This document shows positions 23,695 to 38,911 of a stretch of DNA of 64,000 nucleotides, piece after piece. How positions within the stretch are numbered: position 1 is the first letter of the stretch; each line of letters begins with the position of its first letter. The stretch is taken from assembly GCA_002189035.1 (NCBI GenBank), contig NEEC01000027.1, forward strand, positions 124,001 through 188,000, read 5' to 3'. Origin of the DNA: Utricularia gibba. Its lineage: Eukaryota; Plantae; Magnoliophyta. The notes below the pieces were generated by a model, which worked only from the letters and a program-made list of their open reading frames with translations, was not told the origin of the DNA and made no database searches. Position numbers and translations under genes: made by a program.

Positions 23695-24676
23695 GGATCC
23701 ACCGCATCAACAACTAAACCTCGCCCAAGCCAAACCTACTTCCAGACCATGCCCAGATTTACCCCTCCCTAGATGACCCCTTTGCTCTTTCCTTCCGTTT
23801 CCCACATTCGTCCCTTGATCCTTTCCTCCGGTGTTGGTTGTTGTCGCCGCTGCTTTCGATTGCGCTGCTCCTTAGGGAACTTACTCATCTGCTGTCGTTG
23901 AACGAACCGCTTCTGCTTCTCTCCCACACCCTGGGAGATCCTGGGGCGCCTTCACCCGCTTATTTATTGCGGAACGGAAATGGCGAGGCAAGCTCGCGGT
24001 TAGCTGCGAGGTTTGTTCTGCTTATTCCAGGATCTAAAGATGGGTTCAAGGAATGAGACTTATGTTGGGGGTTTCTTTTTCCTTTTCATTTTTTTTTTTC
24101 TTGAAGCTCATTGCCTAGTTCATGAGTTTGATTCTATATTGTGCTGTTGTTTGAATTACAGTGAGTCCCTAGGACTGGGTAACTCTCGGTTCTGGAAAGC
24201 GAGTGCCTTTTTTTTGTTTTTGGAAGTTGTGTTATCCTCAAGGCTCTTACTTTTTAGGATGTGAGCCTTCTTATAATTCTTCCCAAGATCGACTCCGTAT
24301 TGAAGGTTCATAGTATTGCGTGAATTTGGAAGGCTCTGACCACTAGGACTACCATATTGCTCTATGAGGTCGTTCTCTTGTTGATCGAATTCTTATAGTC
24401 ACATTTAGGGATTGTTTCCACGCAATGAAGCGTAAAAGAGGGAAGAGTAGAATTATGCGCAGAACTCCGAACTTTTAAATATTAATGGGCACCATCTTCC
24501 GCAATTTACCACTGTTTTATACAGTTTTCATACCATTGATGCCTTTTACAAGGATTACATGCTGTGACCTGGGTACTAATTATGTTCTTTAATTTTCTGA
24601 CATTGGCTATGAACCCACAACATCCTTTTAGGTGGAGCATTGAGGGAATGCTCTTGGGAGAATTCAGGGGACGAGC

Positions 24677-27600
24677 ATGGATTTGAATGCCTCTCCTGAA
24701 CCAGAGGAGGATGAAGTGTTATTACCTGAAACTCTGTCTGAAGAAGATCATTCGCATGAAGAAATACTAACCTACAATGAACATGTGGAGCAGGAATCTG
24801 CCGTCCAGATTTCACGAAGGGTAGCACCTTGTACTATTATTTTGAATCACACACTTGTGTTCCAGTTAGTTTTCTATTTGAGTGAAGGCCATTTTATGCT
24901 AACTTTACAGTTTATAAGACGTGTGTGGTAGACTAGTCTGTGATATTTTTCTTATCATGTACTGTCAATGATGTGTTTTTCACATGCTTCATGCAATTGC
25001 CTCCAGTTATTAGGATAATGAAAATGACTACAATTACCTGTGGTTTTCATTAAAAATCTATTTTCGGTTGTTTCATGCTCATATTATCTTTTTGTTTTCT
25101 TCCTCCCCCTTGTGTCACAGGAGCGGGACGAAAGGACTCAAAGAATGAGGAGACAGCGTCCTGATGAAAGACAATCCTATGAATATTATCCAAATCAACA
25201 GCATAGTGGGTTTCAAGGGAAAAGACAGAAATTTAATAGCAGGCTTCCGCCAGGTACATGAATCCCTACTTCCATTATCCTAGTACGTGTTTGTTGGAGA
25301 ATCATATAGATGTTATTTAATGTGTTTATGCTTTTCTTCTCAAGTATAGGGTTTATCCGTCGAACCTCCTCATTGTCTGTGGCGCCAAAAGTTGCATTGT
25401 CTTTTGATATGATAATATGGACAGTGTTTTCTGTTTATCCCATGTTTTTTAACGGTGTTAGAGTACTTGAACATGTTTAGTATCGATGGTCTTTTATACC
25501 TTTGAATTCTTGTATGCACTGGACACCCCTTTCTGCATTTCCAGGTTGGCTAGACTGCCCTCCGTGTGGACAGGAAATAGGATGCTTGATTCCTTCAAAG
25601 GTGCCTCTGGGGGAATCATTCAATTCTGATGTCCCTCCCGGTAGAAGATACTCTTTCAGGCAGGTTCTCCATCAACACCGAGTTTTCAGTCGAAAGGTGA
25701 GTGGAACCAGTGCCTACGTAAGGGCTGTTGTCCCATTGGCTTTGAATGTGAGGAAATATGAAAGTGCATCTATAAAGCCAGGTCTTTTCTCATGCTGTCT
25801 GGAGTTTTCTACCTGAACATTGTTACACCTAAAGAATGACAATATTTTGTAGGTTGACTCTTTTCAGTGTCTTAGTTGTGATCTTGTCTGTCTCTCAGAG
25901 CTTTTGAGAGTTTATGCTTACATGTGAATTTTTTGGCTTATTAAAAAAAATTAATTTGGAAGGTGAACCATATTTTTGTGATTAAAACCCATAAACTCTT
26001 TTAGCATCTTGAATGTCCTGAGCAGTGATAGTGTTACTACTTAGCCCTTTTGTGCAATTTCCTAATCAAATAGTAATATTAAAATTGCTCAACATTATCA
26101 GATTGGCTTGGTGATTGATCTTACAAATTCAAGTAGATATTATTCTCCAGATGACTGGAAGAAAGAAGGCATTAAGTATGTTAAGGTAATCCATTTGTAA
26201 TCTCTCGCTTCCTATAATGCATCATTTTTTATATGGTATTTTTGTTTAATGGGTGCATGTGTTTCAGATTCCGTGCAGGGGCCGTGATGCAGTGCCTGAA
26301 AATCGTGATGTGAATGCTTTTTGTTATGAGGTATGTGAAATTGTCCATCGCATTATCCTGTGGAACTCATTTATGTATCTTTGTGATAAGGGTGATGTTG
26401 GTTTTATGATAAATCCTTGTCAATTTCATTTTCACAAGTAAACATTTTGCATTGACCTGGGTCTTTCGTTTGTGGTTGGACATTTGTGGGAATAAAATGT
26501 GAAGGAAAATTGAACACTGTATTGCATGCTGTCATCAATGCACAGCATTTTTTTTTCATAAAATTTGCAATGCTCCCTAAGTTCTTTTTTGGTGTCAAGA
26601 CTTTTCCTCATCACCATCATTTTCGGATGAGGAACCTGAAGTTATTCTTTGAACCAGGTCTCCCAATTCCTTTCACGCCATAAACAGCCAAAAAAGTATA
26701 TCCTTGTTCATTGCACTCATGGTCACAATCGTACTGGGTATATGATCGTTCATTATCTCATGCGTACACTGCCTGTATCTGTCACTCAGGTTAGCATCCT
26801 TTATATTAACTAATGACTTGGGCATGCCTGAGATTTTCTCCTCCTGCACAGGCGATAAAAATCTTTTCTGATGCACGGCCTCCAGGGATTTACAAGCCCG
26901 AGTATGTTGATGCATTGTACAATTTTTATCATGAAAGCAAGCCAGATACGTTTGTTTGCCCACTTACCCCAGAATGGAAAAGAACTTCTGTACTTGATCT
27001 GAATGGTGATGCCATTCCAGATGATGATGATGATGAGGATGGATTATCTACGGCTCTGCTAAATGTTGGTGTTTCTTTTCTCCGGTTCTGTCAGAGAGAA
27101 ACAATTTCTCTTTTATCTTTCTTATTTCTTAGTTACAATGTGGTATTGTGATGGGCTGTGCACATTAACCTATGCATATAATTCCTTCAGGAGACACATG
27201 ATTCACAGATGCTCATGACAAACGATGATGTCTTGGGGGATCCAATCCCTAGCGAGCATCAATTGGCGATGCAGCAATTCTGCTATCAATCTATGAAGTT
27301 GCCTCTAGGGGTTGGCGTTTCTCTTCTTTTCTTTTTGTTAGTTTTAATGTGAGCTAACTTTCTTAGCTCATATAATAATTCATTTATCTGTTCTCTGAAA
27401 ACACTTTGCGGTGGATGCGTTCATCTCATGAATGCAATAAGATTTTTTCTAGTACAATGGTAGTTGCTTCATTGTGACATAGTTTTTTTTTATTCATACA
27501 GCACAGGGGATACCAATTTCCTGGCTCTCATCCTGTTTCCCTTAGCAGGTTTGTTGGATCCCCCATAATCTGAAATCAGAATATATACATGTGATTTTGA

Positions 27601-29969
27601 TTCAGAAAGAAACTTTATATTTTTCAAGAAACAACAGCTTTGATCACGCATTATTAAATAAAGAGTGTTGATTTGGATTGGCAGCCACTATGTAAAATTC
27701 TTTCACTTTTTTAATGATATCTAAATTTGTAAATTTGGTTAATTCAGCAGTTTGGGAAGAAGACTGTATGCTGTTGTTTCTTTAATATTTATGTGCATGT
27801 AGGGACAATTTACAGTTATTAAGACAGCGGTATTACTATGCAACATGGAAAGCTGATGGAACGAGATATATGATGCTCATCACTTTAGATGGTTGCTACT
27901 TGATAGATAGGCAATTCAATTTTCGGAGGGTCCAAATGCGATTTCCATGCAGGCAGGTTAATGAAGTATGTGCCGCTCTTAGAAATATTTGTTTGTATCC
28001 AGAAGCTGTACTAATATTTATAGCATTAATACTGTCTTAGAAAATTTGACATCCTTGAAACGTGTTTAGAAGGGAATGTCCGAGAGGTTGTACCATCATT
28101 TTACATTGCTCGATGGGGAGATGATCATTGATACGATGCCTGATTCACAAAAGCAAGAACGAAGGTACTTGATTTATGACATGATGGTCATTAATCAGGT
28201 ACCCATCGTAGAGGTAGCATTTGAATCATCTGCTTGAGTAACCCTTGTTCTTTGAGTTTTTGCTTATTTGATGATTTATTCAAGTTTTTCATTCATTGCC
28301 AATACTTTTGGGGGGTTTGTGTCAGAAAAACTTCGTGCTGAAATACAATTTTGTGGCAGCCGTTGCTGTTACAATTTTTCAATGCACAAACTATCATGAC
28401 AGGCTGCTACTGTTTCTTCATTGAACATATTCGGATATTCTTCTTCTTATCCTTCATTGATTGACTTTATTCTTTCATTTTAAATTATGAATCTGGGTGT
28501 TTACTATATTTGATATTTCACAAAGAAATGTGTTCAAGACAATTTTAGAGAACGTGACTAATGATTCATCCAACTTTTACTGGTTATGATTATCGATTTC
28601 TTAATGATTGAATGCTACATTTTTGCCCTCATAACTTGTGGTTTTTTTTTTATCTAAATTGATTTGCTTTCATTCAGCGACCCTTCTATGAACGTTGGAA
28701 AATGCTTGAGAAGGAAATCATTGAGCCACGGAATTTTGAAAGACAGCATATTCATCATAGCCAAAATCCATACTATAGATATGACTTGGAACCTTTCAGG
28801 GTTAGAGTTCACGACTTTGTATTTATTCCTCTTTTTTGCCCGTATTTCACTATTTTGTGGTCTTCCTTCACCACCATCACCCCTCTCCACCCCTAAATTT
28901 CTAGTGATATCTCATGTATAGGTGAGAAGAAAAGACTTTTGGTTGCTCTCTACGGTAACTAAACTTCTGAAGGGCTTCATTCCAAAGCTCTCGCATGGTG
29001 CTGACGGCCTAATCTTTCAGGTGCTTGTTTATTGGAAAACGAAGCTGTAGTACCATCTTATCTTCATTAGTCTCTCTTTTTTTTTTTTGGCAATGCGATA
29101 TGACAATTCCCGAGGTGACCTATTTTTAGTTTCATTTTTTCCTTTAGTATTTGTTGGTTAGACTGTGATCTTGCAATTTGAAATGCTGGTTGTGCATGGT
29201 TCTGTGTGGCAGGGTTGGGATGATCCGTATGTCCCTAGAACACACGAGGGCCTCTTGAAGTGGAAATATCCCGAAATGAACTCAGTTGATTTTCTTTTCG
29301 AGGTTTGTTAAGTCAATGGGGCTTGTGATCTCATACTATCATGGATAGTCATTTTCCCCCTCTCAAACAGGAAGATGAGAATCGCCAGTCACTTTCCCTC
29401 CTGTCTGGCGGAAAGAAGAAAGTGATGGAAGAATATAATAATCGAATTGTTTTTCCAGGTCCCTTTTTTTTTTTTTGTACATCTGATCTGGTGGTTCATT
29501 TCCAACTCTCCAAGTTGACATCTTCAGGCTGTTGTAGTCTGAAGTCATATGATTGAATCTCGCACACTGCTGCTATGATAATTTTCTCCATCTATTTGAC
29601 CATTTTTATTAGTTTTACAGATGGTTCTGAAGCATCTACATTTTCTGGTAAGATCATCGAGTGCTCTTGGAATTCCGAGGAAGAGGTATGGGTTTGTATG
29701 AGGGTCAGAACAGATAAAGGTGCACCGAATGAATTTAACACCTACAGGAAGGTATGATCAGAACACTGCTGTTGTAATATGTTGCGCATACAATGTCAGA
29801 GACTTTACTTGGAGTTGCTTTTCAAAAGGTCATGAAAAGTATCAAGGACAACATTACGGAGGAAATATTGTTAGGCGAGATAAACGAGATCATCCGGCTG
29901 CCAATGTACGCAGATAGAATTCAGAATGAAAGCAAAGCCCACCAGCATACTTCCTCACACCGTAGATGA
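24677..29969 (+). CDS. Bifunctional mRNA capping enzyme (RNA triphosphatase plus guanylyltransferase), about 16 exons
   Basis: MDLNASP start; WLDCPP; LVIDLTNS; HCTHGHNRTG (about 26712); motif I WKADGTRY (about 27845); LLDGEM; DGLIF; LLKWK; RTDK..PN; ends HQHTSSHRR*. Confidence 0.95.
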
Positions 29970-30465
29970 TGATGGCAGAGGATTCAGTGACTGCAGCCAC
30001 CTCCCAAGTTCTTCGCTAGTTCATGGAGCTGGCTGTTCCTGGTAGAAGTTTTACTTGCTTACTTCTCAGTTTCATAGTGGGATTAGCCAGCATTAGGAGC
30101 TAGCTTCTCCGCCTTCAGTCTTCTCTCTTGTATAATAAATGCTGCTTCGTCTCTCTGTCGCATCAGCTCTCTTCTTGTCTTTGGTTGATTCATGTGTAGG
30201 CAGGCGCTTAGGATGAATCCGTTGTGAATATATGCAAGATTTGCCCTCGAATTGCTTGCCCTTTTTGCACATCCTTGTCTGTAGGAATGGTATCCACCCA
30301 AACAAGACATAAGAAGAGGACCAACAGACGGACAAAAGCATACAATGTAATGTGGGTGGGCTTATTTGGTAGTGGCGCAACAGGGCAATTCATTGTATCT
30401 TGGAACAAATGGAAGAAAACTAAATGGCAGATCACATGGCACCAAAATCCAACCAATTCTCTTCT

Positions 30466-32842
30466 TCACATTCCGATGGCAGGAACATGGAAGAAACGAC
30501 GGAAGAGCCACTGGAACGGCTGCAGGAACTCTGCTTTCTTCCTCCTCCAGAACCATATTGCAGCATTGTAGTTCTCATTGCGTATCTTCCTTGTTGCAGC
30601 CTTCCAATCGTACTTCTCGGTTTCCGCACGAGCTGCCTTTCCGATGGCTTCTCTTAGCTCTTTGTCATGCAGGAGGGGCATCAGCTTTCTGAGGCAGTCC
30701 TCAAGATCTCCTGGGTTGAACAGGTACCCAGTCTTCCCTTGCTGTTCCTCAGGTATGATGTCGGGGATTCCACCGGCACGTGCAGCAACCACCGGGAGCC
30801 CCGAGGACATTGCCTCCAGAACCACAAGCCCGAGAGTCTCAGATTCTGATGGCATCACGAAAGCATCTCCACTCGCATACGCCTGCGAAAGCTCTTCTCC
30901 TTGCAACATCCCAGTGAACACTGCCGGCATGTCAGTGAACAGTTGCTCCAGCTCCGGCCTGTGGAAGAGATCAACAATACATACAATGCTTGTTTAGGAT
31001 TTTGACAGTATCTGATGGACAGATGGAAGGATATTGCAGGTACCTACCTGTAAGGGCCGTCGCCTATGAAGGCAATTCGTGCTTCAGGCAGCCTGCTCAT
31101 CACCCTGTTCCAAGAAAACGTCCACCATGTTTTAATAGATGGAGAAGCCCGTTCCTGGGATACAAGAAACTTACCCCTTCAAGAAATCCAAGCTCTTCTC
31201 AACCCCAAGACGTCCCACGTGAACTATCAATGGCTTTTCTGGTTCGCCGCCACTGGTGGTGGAAGTGAACCATCAGTCAACTGAAGTGAATGCCACAAGT
31301 TGGCTCGAGTTACAGAGAGCGATGTGCCTCACCTTAATCTCATTCTCATTTCATGAGTTCGAAACCGAGGGTGGAAGCTCTCTGAATCAACACCCTTATT
31401 CCAAAGGCGTATCCGGTTGGCTGAAATTCCATAAAAGGAAAAATGACAACATTCTTATAGAAAATTGGATCCCGGTGTTCCAAGATGAGGGCTTGGATCC
31501 ATATTTCACCTGTTGTCACTTGCTCTGCCTCAAGATCCTTTCCAATCGCAGCCGAAGGCACCAGGGTAAGGTCAGCGGAACCATGTAAAAATTCTGGTGA
31601 ATAATCCAATACGTTTAGGCATTACAATCAGGATAAAAGAACCCTGCCAACAAGATTATGATCACATCACATACTAATGATCCACCACATCGGCTTGACG
31701 AGCCAGCTCCAGGTGTATCTGGGGATATATCTGCAGGTTCATCAGCCATTAGGTATCGATCATGCAGATTTGAAAACTAAGAAGCGCAAAAGAATGGAGC
31801 TCAATCATCAATGAATATCTGCACATACACAGGGACATGGGTATGATACGACATCACTAGAGGAACTGAAAGCATCTTTGCAATGACAAGAGCGCCAAAA
31901 ACCTGTAGAAACATTTGTGGTCATTGATAGGGAGATAACCGAGGCTAGGAAATAAAGGCAGAGTGTGTACCATGATTCCAGGAGATGAGGCATGTATAAT
32001 GTCTGGCTTGAATTGAGCAACTGCTGAGATTATTCTTGGACTGAGCGCAAGCGAGAGTGGAACCTTTTGATACCAGGGACAAGGGAAGCTGCCGATAACA
32101 ATTCAGTTAGCGCTAAAGCATAGAGGCAACCACAAGATTCTGCCTGGAAAAAAAAGTAAGTTACCTTCTCGAGCCAATTAGCTTCGCACCGTAGAATTCC
32201 TGAGGCACCCCTTCATGCGTTGTGACCACCATGACCTGCATAAAAGACCCATGACGTGAAATTGCCATGAATATCGTGCATAATACACTTACTTAGCAAG
32301 ACAAAAAAAGAAGAATGTCGGCTATGGAAGCATACCTCATCACCCATTTCTCGTAAATATTTGATGAAGTTCTGGAACCTGTTCTTGTATCCGGAGACGT
32401 AGCTGCGTCCATTACAAAAATCCCACATCATGAAAAATTCAAATGCGGGGAGGCATAGTGCTTTCAGAGTATCGGAAACACAGAACTACTGCGGTAACTC
32501 ATCCGCAAGCATCAACATCGTTCATGACCAAAAAAAAGATCTAAAACGCAGATACTAAAAAAACATAACTTGAACCCCAACAAAAGGTTGATTCGCCATT
32601 AACGAATGGAAAACTGAGTCAGAGCATGAAAAGGAAGTTAAAACCGACATCATCAATGGTTTTAGCGGGTAAAAAGAAAGAAAAAAATGTGTATGTATAT
32701 AACTTTGACAAACTTACGCAAAGGGTGATGGCTCAACAAATAGAGCAATTCGCCTAGGCCTGGAAGTGACCTCAGATTCAAGAACTGCGGGAGGGTTCTC
32801 CTCCTCCACCTCCCCTACTTTACCGTACTCAGCAAGGGTCAT
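30466..32842 (-). CDS. SQD2: Sulfoquinovosyl transferase (GT4)
   Basis: RPRRIALFVEPSPFA|YVSGYKNRFQNFIKYLREMGDE, and C-terminal exon SQAYASGDAFVMPSESETLGLVVLEAMSSGLPVVAARAGG. First in-frame ATG is at 32842. Confidence 0.95.
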
Positions 32843-33621
32843 CCTCGGAGTAAACCAATGGATCTAAAACAAATCCCAGGAACCCCCAATTACGACTGTG
32901 CTTCGACAACGCGTATACTAAGTAGGCTTAGAGAGGAGTGAAGCAAGACCCAGTAGAATGCAGGGTGACTAAGAAAACAGAAAGATTGCGTGGGAGGGGA
33001 GGCCGATAGTAGAGAGAAAAACGTTGATGATTGGGAGTATCCCGCGGGGCCATATATAATATCTCCCAGCGAGTGGAATTCGGAAAGCATATTCTTTTTC
33101 TGGTTCCTCGTTGCGGGGACCGCACAGATAGGGCAGGCCAGGGAATGAATAATTGAAGAAGCACATGGCTTCTCCACTCCACAGACTTGCTGATCCTCCT
33201 CTTCCTTGTGGACTTGAACTCCAGCACTCCAATAGCAAAGCATCTCCCGGCATATGCACAAATTAATTAAAAAGCAGATAAGAATATTCTTGGACAATTA
33301 CGGCTTCTGTGTGTGTGGGCAAAAAAACTGCTGTGTCTAGTTTTGTTTGAGGCCAGGGCCAGGGACCGGGAGCTTTGCATTATTATTACAAAGAAATGCA
33401 TTATTGGTACAAATTCATGATCGCCCGGACCAACATTTGAAGAAAATAATAATAAAGAAAACAAAAAAAAAAAGAGTGTTATGATGGAAAGAAATCATCG
33501 CTTCCTTCATGGTGGTGGTGGTGGTGGATGTATTTAAGGGAAGAGTCGAGTAGAGTAGAGAGCGAGCTGAGTGGAGGAAGGCCCACCCCCAAATTGGATC
33601 GCCCGACAGTTCTGCAGGGAA

Positions 33622-36600
33622 ATGCCGCTCACCAGATTCCAGATGAGGAGCGAGTACAGCTTATCCGATCCGGAGCTGTACCGCGCCCCGATAAGGATGA
33701 TCCCGAGGCTTTGCTCGAGGGAGTGGCCATGGCCGGATTGGTCGGCGTGCTTCGCCAGCTGGGAGATCTGGCCGAGTGAGTTCGCATTTCATCCAATTCC
33801 TTCACTGCCTCTCCTCCAAGCATTGTTTTCTACTTGTCAGTATGCACGTGAATCTCTGATTTTCAAGATTTTTTTAGGTTTAGGGTTTCTGTCTACTTAT
33901 GCTTTGGCCGCGATTACATACTGATGTATGTTGTGGCGCTCTTGATGTGAGGACGAGGCACTGATTTTTCATTTGTGCTTCTTCAAGGTTTGCCGCAGAA
34001 ATTTTCCATGATCTGCATGAGCAAGTCATGGTGACTGCTGCAAAGGGGCATGACTTGATGATCCGGGTGCAGGAACTTGAGGCAGTGGTGCCTTCCCTCG
34101 AGAGAGCATTTCTTTTCCAGACGGATCATTCCTCTTTCTTCTACAATCCTGGTTTGTGCATTTTCTGATTCTTACCCACTGAGCTCCTTCAATTGTTTTC
34201 TAGGATAAGCTTTTTCATGACAACCTCATTTTGCCGCTACTTTTTTCATTCATGTGGTTAATATTTTTCTCGCATAGTCTTTCAAAACGTCGACCGTTTC
34301 ATCACAGCTTCTCAGCGAGTTGATGTTCATGCATGCAAGCATTTTCTCATTTTATGATTCAGGTGTTGATTGGCATCCCAATTTTAGAGAAAACAAGAAT
34401 CATGTAGCATATGGTGAGATGCCTAGATTCATTATGAATTCCTATGAAGATTGCAGAGGACCTCCTCGGTTATTTCTTCTAGACAAGTATGATGCATTCT
34501 TCACCAGTTTTTTCTCTGTTGCCCCACCTCTGTTCTTTCCAAAACTATATGATTGCCTTTTAGGTATGACATTGGGGGAGCTGGAGCATGCCTAAAACGT
34601 TACACTGATCCCTCCTTTTTTAAAGTAGAAACAAGGAGCAGTACGGATGGCCTGCCAAATAAGAAGGCCAGAAAACCGAAGGTATGTATGGCAATTGAGA
34701 CTGAGCAATGCACATAATTAAGCAGGGCTGAGTTGGCAAAAATCTGTGTTCATAGACAACTTGCATATGTTGCGATGGCAAACTAAACTACTAATTTCTG
34801 TTGTCAATATGGCTACGTTCCATTAGTTTCCCTTGTGATGCTGCCAATAATCCTTTAGTTGACTTCTTGGTCTCATATCAAGCAGAAACGAGGACCACAT
34901 TGGAATAAGGAAGATACAGCTGTTGTTTTAATGCGCTCCAACCCAAAGTGAGATTGTCTTACTTTTTCTGCATATACCTCTTTTTGTAAGATTTTCTAAG
35001 TAGATGGTCGTGTTATTTTGTTTCACACAGACTCCATCAGCTTTTTCTGGAGGAACCAATTGTTAAAACTGTCAACAAGCCAGCTCGTGTAAAACTGAAA
35101 AGGAGGCTTACTGGGTTTCCATTTGATACAAAATCTGGAAGGAGTTACATGGAAAAGTTATTTGTGACTTCTATTGAGGATGAGATGCTCCGTGGAGTCT
35201 CTAGGGGCTGGCCTCTGAGGTTGCCTACTAATGGTCATGGTGAACTTGATCCTGACATACTTGAAGTGAGATCAGTCAGTCCTCTCAGAAAAAGCAGAGA
35301 GAGAATAAAAAGTCATCCGCATCCAGATGAAGCAGGAACTATGCAGAATGAGCTATTGTATGCTAAGAATGATGTTCTTAGTGATAAAACTTGTCAGGAA
35401 CTCACTTCATATACTGCTATGGACGAGAGTAGTGAAACAGACATACATGTAGATGGTGAAAGAAAACAGGGAAGCAGCGTGATTCACATTCCTCTTGACA
35501 TCACCAGTGGGATGGATGATCATCCTGCCGAACCTTCAGCTGTAGAGTTGGAAGGTAAAACAGACCATCACATGCACTTGACGGATGAGTGGACCTCCTC
35601 ATTCTTTGAGCGGAAAATGTCTGTTGCAAACCATGAAAACTTTTTCTCCCAGCCACCGGATTCTCAGGCTACCACTAGCTTAGGTATGTATGAAGAGGGG
35701 AGCGATGCAACAAGAAATTCTAAGTCTTTGTCTATTGAAGTGAAAAGGATATCAGTCAGGAGTTCATTTACAGAAAGACAAGATGCATTTGCCCTTGAAA
35801 TGATTGATAAAATTTCGGCAGATGAGGTACTAGAATCTTCAACTTCCCATGATAGCCATTTGAGTGGTGCCACACTTAACAGTAACGGGCACAATGTTGA
35901 GCTGCTGGATATGGTCTCGCATAGCAATGATCCTAGGTATAGTTTACCACATTCTGATTCAGGAGAAGTTTCTAGTGAGCCTCAGTCTAAGGGATACACG
36001 TCAAATGAAGTAGCTTCTGTCTTACAGTACACTGAAAAGGGGAGTGGCCTCATCTTGGACCCTTCTAAAAACAGGAGCACTAAAACGCAGTTGCAAGCTA
36101 AGTCTCGCACACTGAACGAATCAAATTCTGTTAATTCACCCAGTGCATTTATAGTTTCTGAGTATAATTCAGTTTCATCAAGCTCTCAGTCACTTCATGA
36201 GGATAAGTACGACCAAGAGGTTGTGAGACCAATGAAGAGCATTTTCTTGTCAAAAACTTGTGATGTTCTTCATCAGAGTTTAGATGATGATGAAGAAAGA
36301 ATTCTTTCCTCTAATACGGAAGCAGGGGCATTTGGTGATGATATTCATCAAGGGTGTTCTGTAACAATACCTAGCAAGGGCACAGAGGCAGGCTGTGATG
36401 ACAGTAATACACAATTACAAGTCTGTATGGGAGAAAGGCAGGAAAATGTGTCTGATTCTGAGGGTTTGGATGCTGTCTCTGCTTCTCAGGATTTATTTCC
36501 CTGCATTCCCGAGGTCTCTGTTGGGAAAGATTCATTGGAATCCTGTTCAACACATTCAGAAATTGAGTCTAACAGTTTCCACAGTAAGCAGATTGACTCC

Positions 36601-38911
36601 GAATTATTGGCACCTGTCGTATATGAAACACTTCATTGTGCACGTGAGATATATACTGGTCAAGATGCCCGTGCTGTTACTGGAGATAACTTTCTCAAAT
36701 CATCCTTCGTTTCTGAAAGTGAACAGTCTCTGAGCAATGGAGAAACGGATGCTATTTTGAGCAAAGATTTTGTGGATTTGGACAAATCAAGTAGTTCCTT
36801 TTGCAGTGCTGTGGATACTAAAGGGATGTCCATTGTATTGGGAAATCATGCCATCGAAGCCAATAGAGATGCCCCAGGTTTTGAAATGAACGAAATTTCA
36901 AGCTCAGCAGATATGGAAATTTCCAGGCATTCTATTAGAGAAAGTATCCTATTGCCCGTTGAACCAGCAGAAATGGCTGAAAATCCTGTTTCTAGATTTT
37001 CAAATTCAAGCCAGGAAGTGCTTGTTGATGATTTTTCTCGTCCTGAAATGAAGCACGTTGAAAATATACCCGAAATACTCAGCAGTTATAGTGGCTATCA
37101 TGCTGATGCTAGTTTCACTGAGGTGAAGACCGAAAATGCAGTTGCTATGAAAGACATTAATGAATTTTCCTGCGGTGAAGCTAATTCCAATAATCTAGGA
37201 TCTGTTGAATCTCCCACTGTCCTGGTTTCTAATCTTGGTCATGTGGCTGAAAACTTATCTAATCATCAGGATGCTTCCTCGAGTGTGCAACCTCAGCAGC
37301 ACTGTTTCTTGGATATAGGCCAGGATTCTTTCCTGCAGCGTGATCACAGTGATGTATGTTATGCTAACCCGTTTTGTCTTAACGAGGGTACTGTGATACA
37401 GGAAAGGAAGAGTATGCCTCCTTACCATCTCGAGCAAAAGACTATGTTTTCAAGTGAAACACTTTGTCCAACTGAAGTGTTGGAAAATCAAGGAAACATG
37501 GTCAATGATGTCCCTGGATATCCGAAGGATGCATCAAATTTCACTCCTCCCCTCCTCGAGGGAGATCTGATCACTTTAAATGAAACACCACCTCTGCCTC
37601 CTTTACCTCCTTTTAAATGGCGTATGGGAAAGCTTCCAAATTTCTCTGTAGGTAGCCGACAGCTAGCAAATGATGAGAGGCCAGTCCCTACAAATGAAGA
37701 GATTAATTGTTCCAAGGACCTAAAGTCTCAACCGAGGTCTCCTGATTCGGAGTCCAGCTTGATTCACACAACATTCCATCACCCACCAGAGTTGGAGAGA
37801 AAGGAGCAGCAGCACCTTTCCCACATTGCTGGCGATGAGGTAGTGAATCAAAAGAAGTTTCTTCCTCGAGAAATCTCTATTCCTGATGCATCTAATGCTG
37901 CATCAGAAGACGGGTGCATTAACCAAAGTTCCTCCATTTTTGAGGCTACATCAAAGAACGCAATTTATCTGACAACGCAAGGGGAAAGTAAAGAGTCCGT
38001 TTCCATTGTAAAGATCAGCTCTTCCGAAAATCATCTTGTATCAGATATGAGATTTGAAGTGGGGAATGCTGAGCAGAGTTCATCTGTAGAGACGGATTTG
38101 GACAAGGATTCAGGCTGTGCAGAGGCCTTCATCCCTGCTGCACCCGGTGACGCTAGATCCGTGACTGAGCATTTGAAACATTCTGAAGATGAATCCGTCT
38201 CTGAAACCAAATCTAAGGAAAAGGCTGAGCAAATTTCTTCAGCTGTGGAGGCTGCTGCCTTGATCCCACGGCCAGAGATGGAAATCAAGAAGCCGAGCAA
38301 TCCCCCGGATGTTGTAAATGAAGATGTATCAGAGGGAGGAATTGCTAAGGAAATTCCTAAAGGCATTCGAGTGCCAAGGTCTCATAAGGCTCTGGTTGAT
38401 GCTGCTTCAGCTCTTGATAGAAGTAAAGTGGGTTTCCTTCATCTCTTTCTAAGGCCAATAAGTTCCCATCTGCATATCTAAACCTTTGATATTCAACATT
38501 ACGTTGCAGCTACGCAAAGTGGTACAGAATGATAGAGCTCAAGCACCAAAGGCGACCGAAAGGGACTCACTCTTGGAGCAAATAAGGACCAAGGTACACC
38601 ACAAACCACATCTCCTGCTTCTCATACCCGTTTACGTGGAGACCATACTTTTTCTGACCGGAGTTGTGTGTGGTGGTAGTCCTTCAATTTGAAACCTGCA
38701 ATGGGATCTAGACCACGAATCCAAGCTCCAAGAACCAATCTGAAAGTTGCTGCGATTCTAGAAAGAGCAAATGCCATCCGTCAGGTGCGCCCATCTTCTC
38801 TCAGTGTCGAATTAGACATACTCGTACTGAATGCAATGGAAACGCGGCTGGCTGCTGCAGGCATTGACAGGTAGCGACGAGGACGAGGAAGAAAGTTGGA
38901 GTGATTCGTGA
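33622..38911 (+). CDS. SCAR: SCAR/WAVE Arp2/3 activator (SCAR2-like); one apparent 1-bp deletion in exon 1
   Basis: SHD: [51 protein letters not shown] and [23 protein letters not shown] motif; WH2/[47 protein letters not shown]. Frame switch at 33686-33689. Confidence 0.93.

Noticed and set aside
33873-33888. TTTAGGTTTAGGGTTT telomere-like sequence
   Set aside because: Only about two units in an intron; a common telo-box rather than an interstitial telomere array.
35149-38481. 1110-aa ORF as a stand-alone gene
   Set aside because: It is the large internal exon of SCAR, running on into the next intron.
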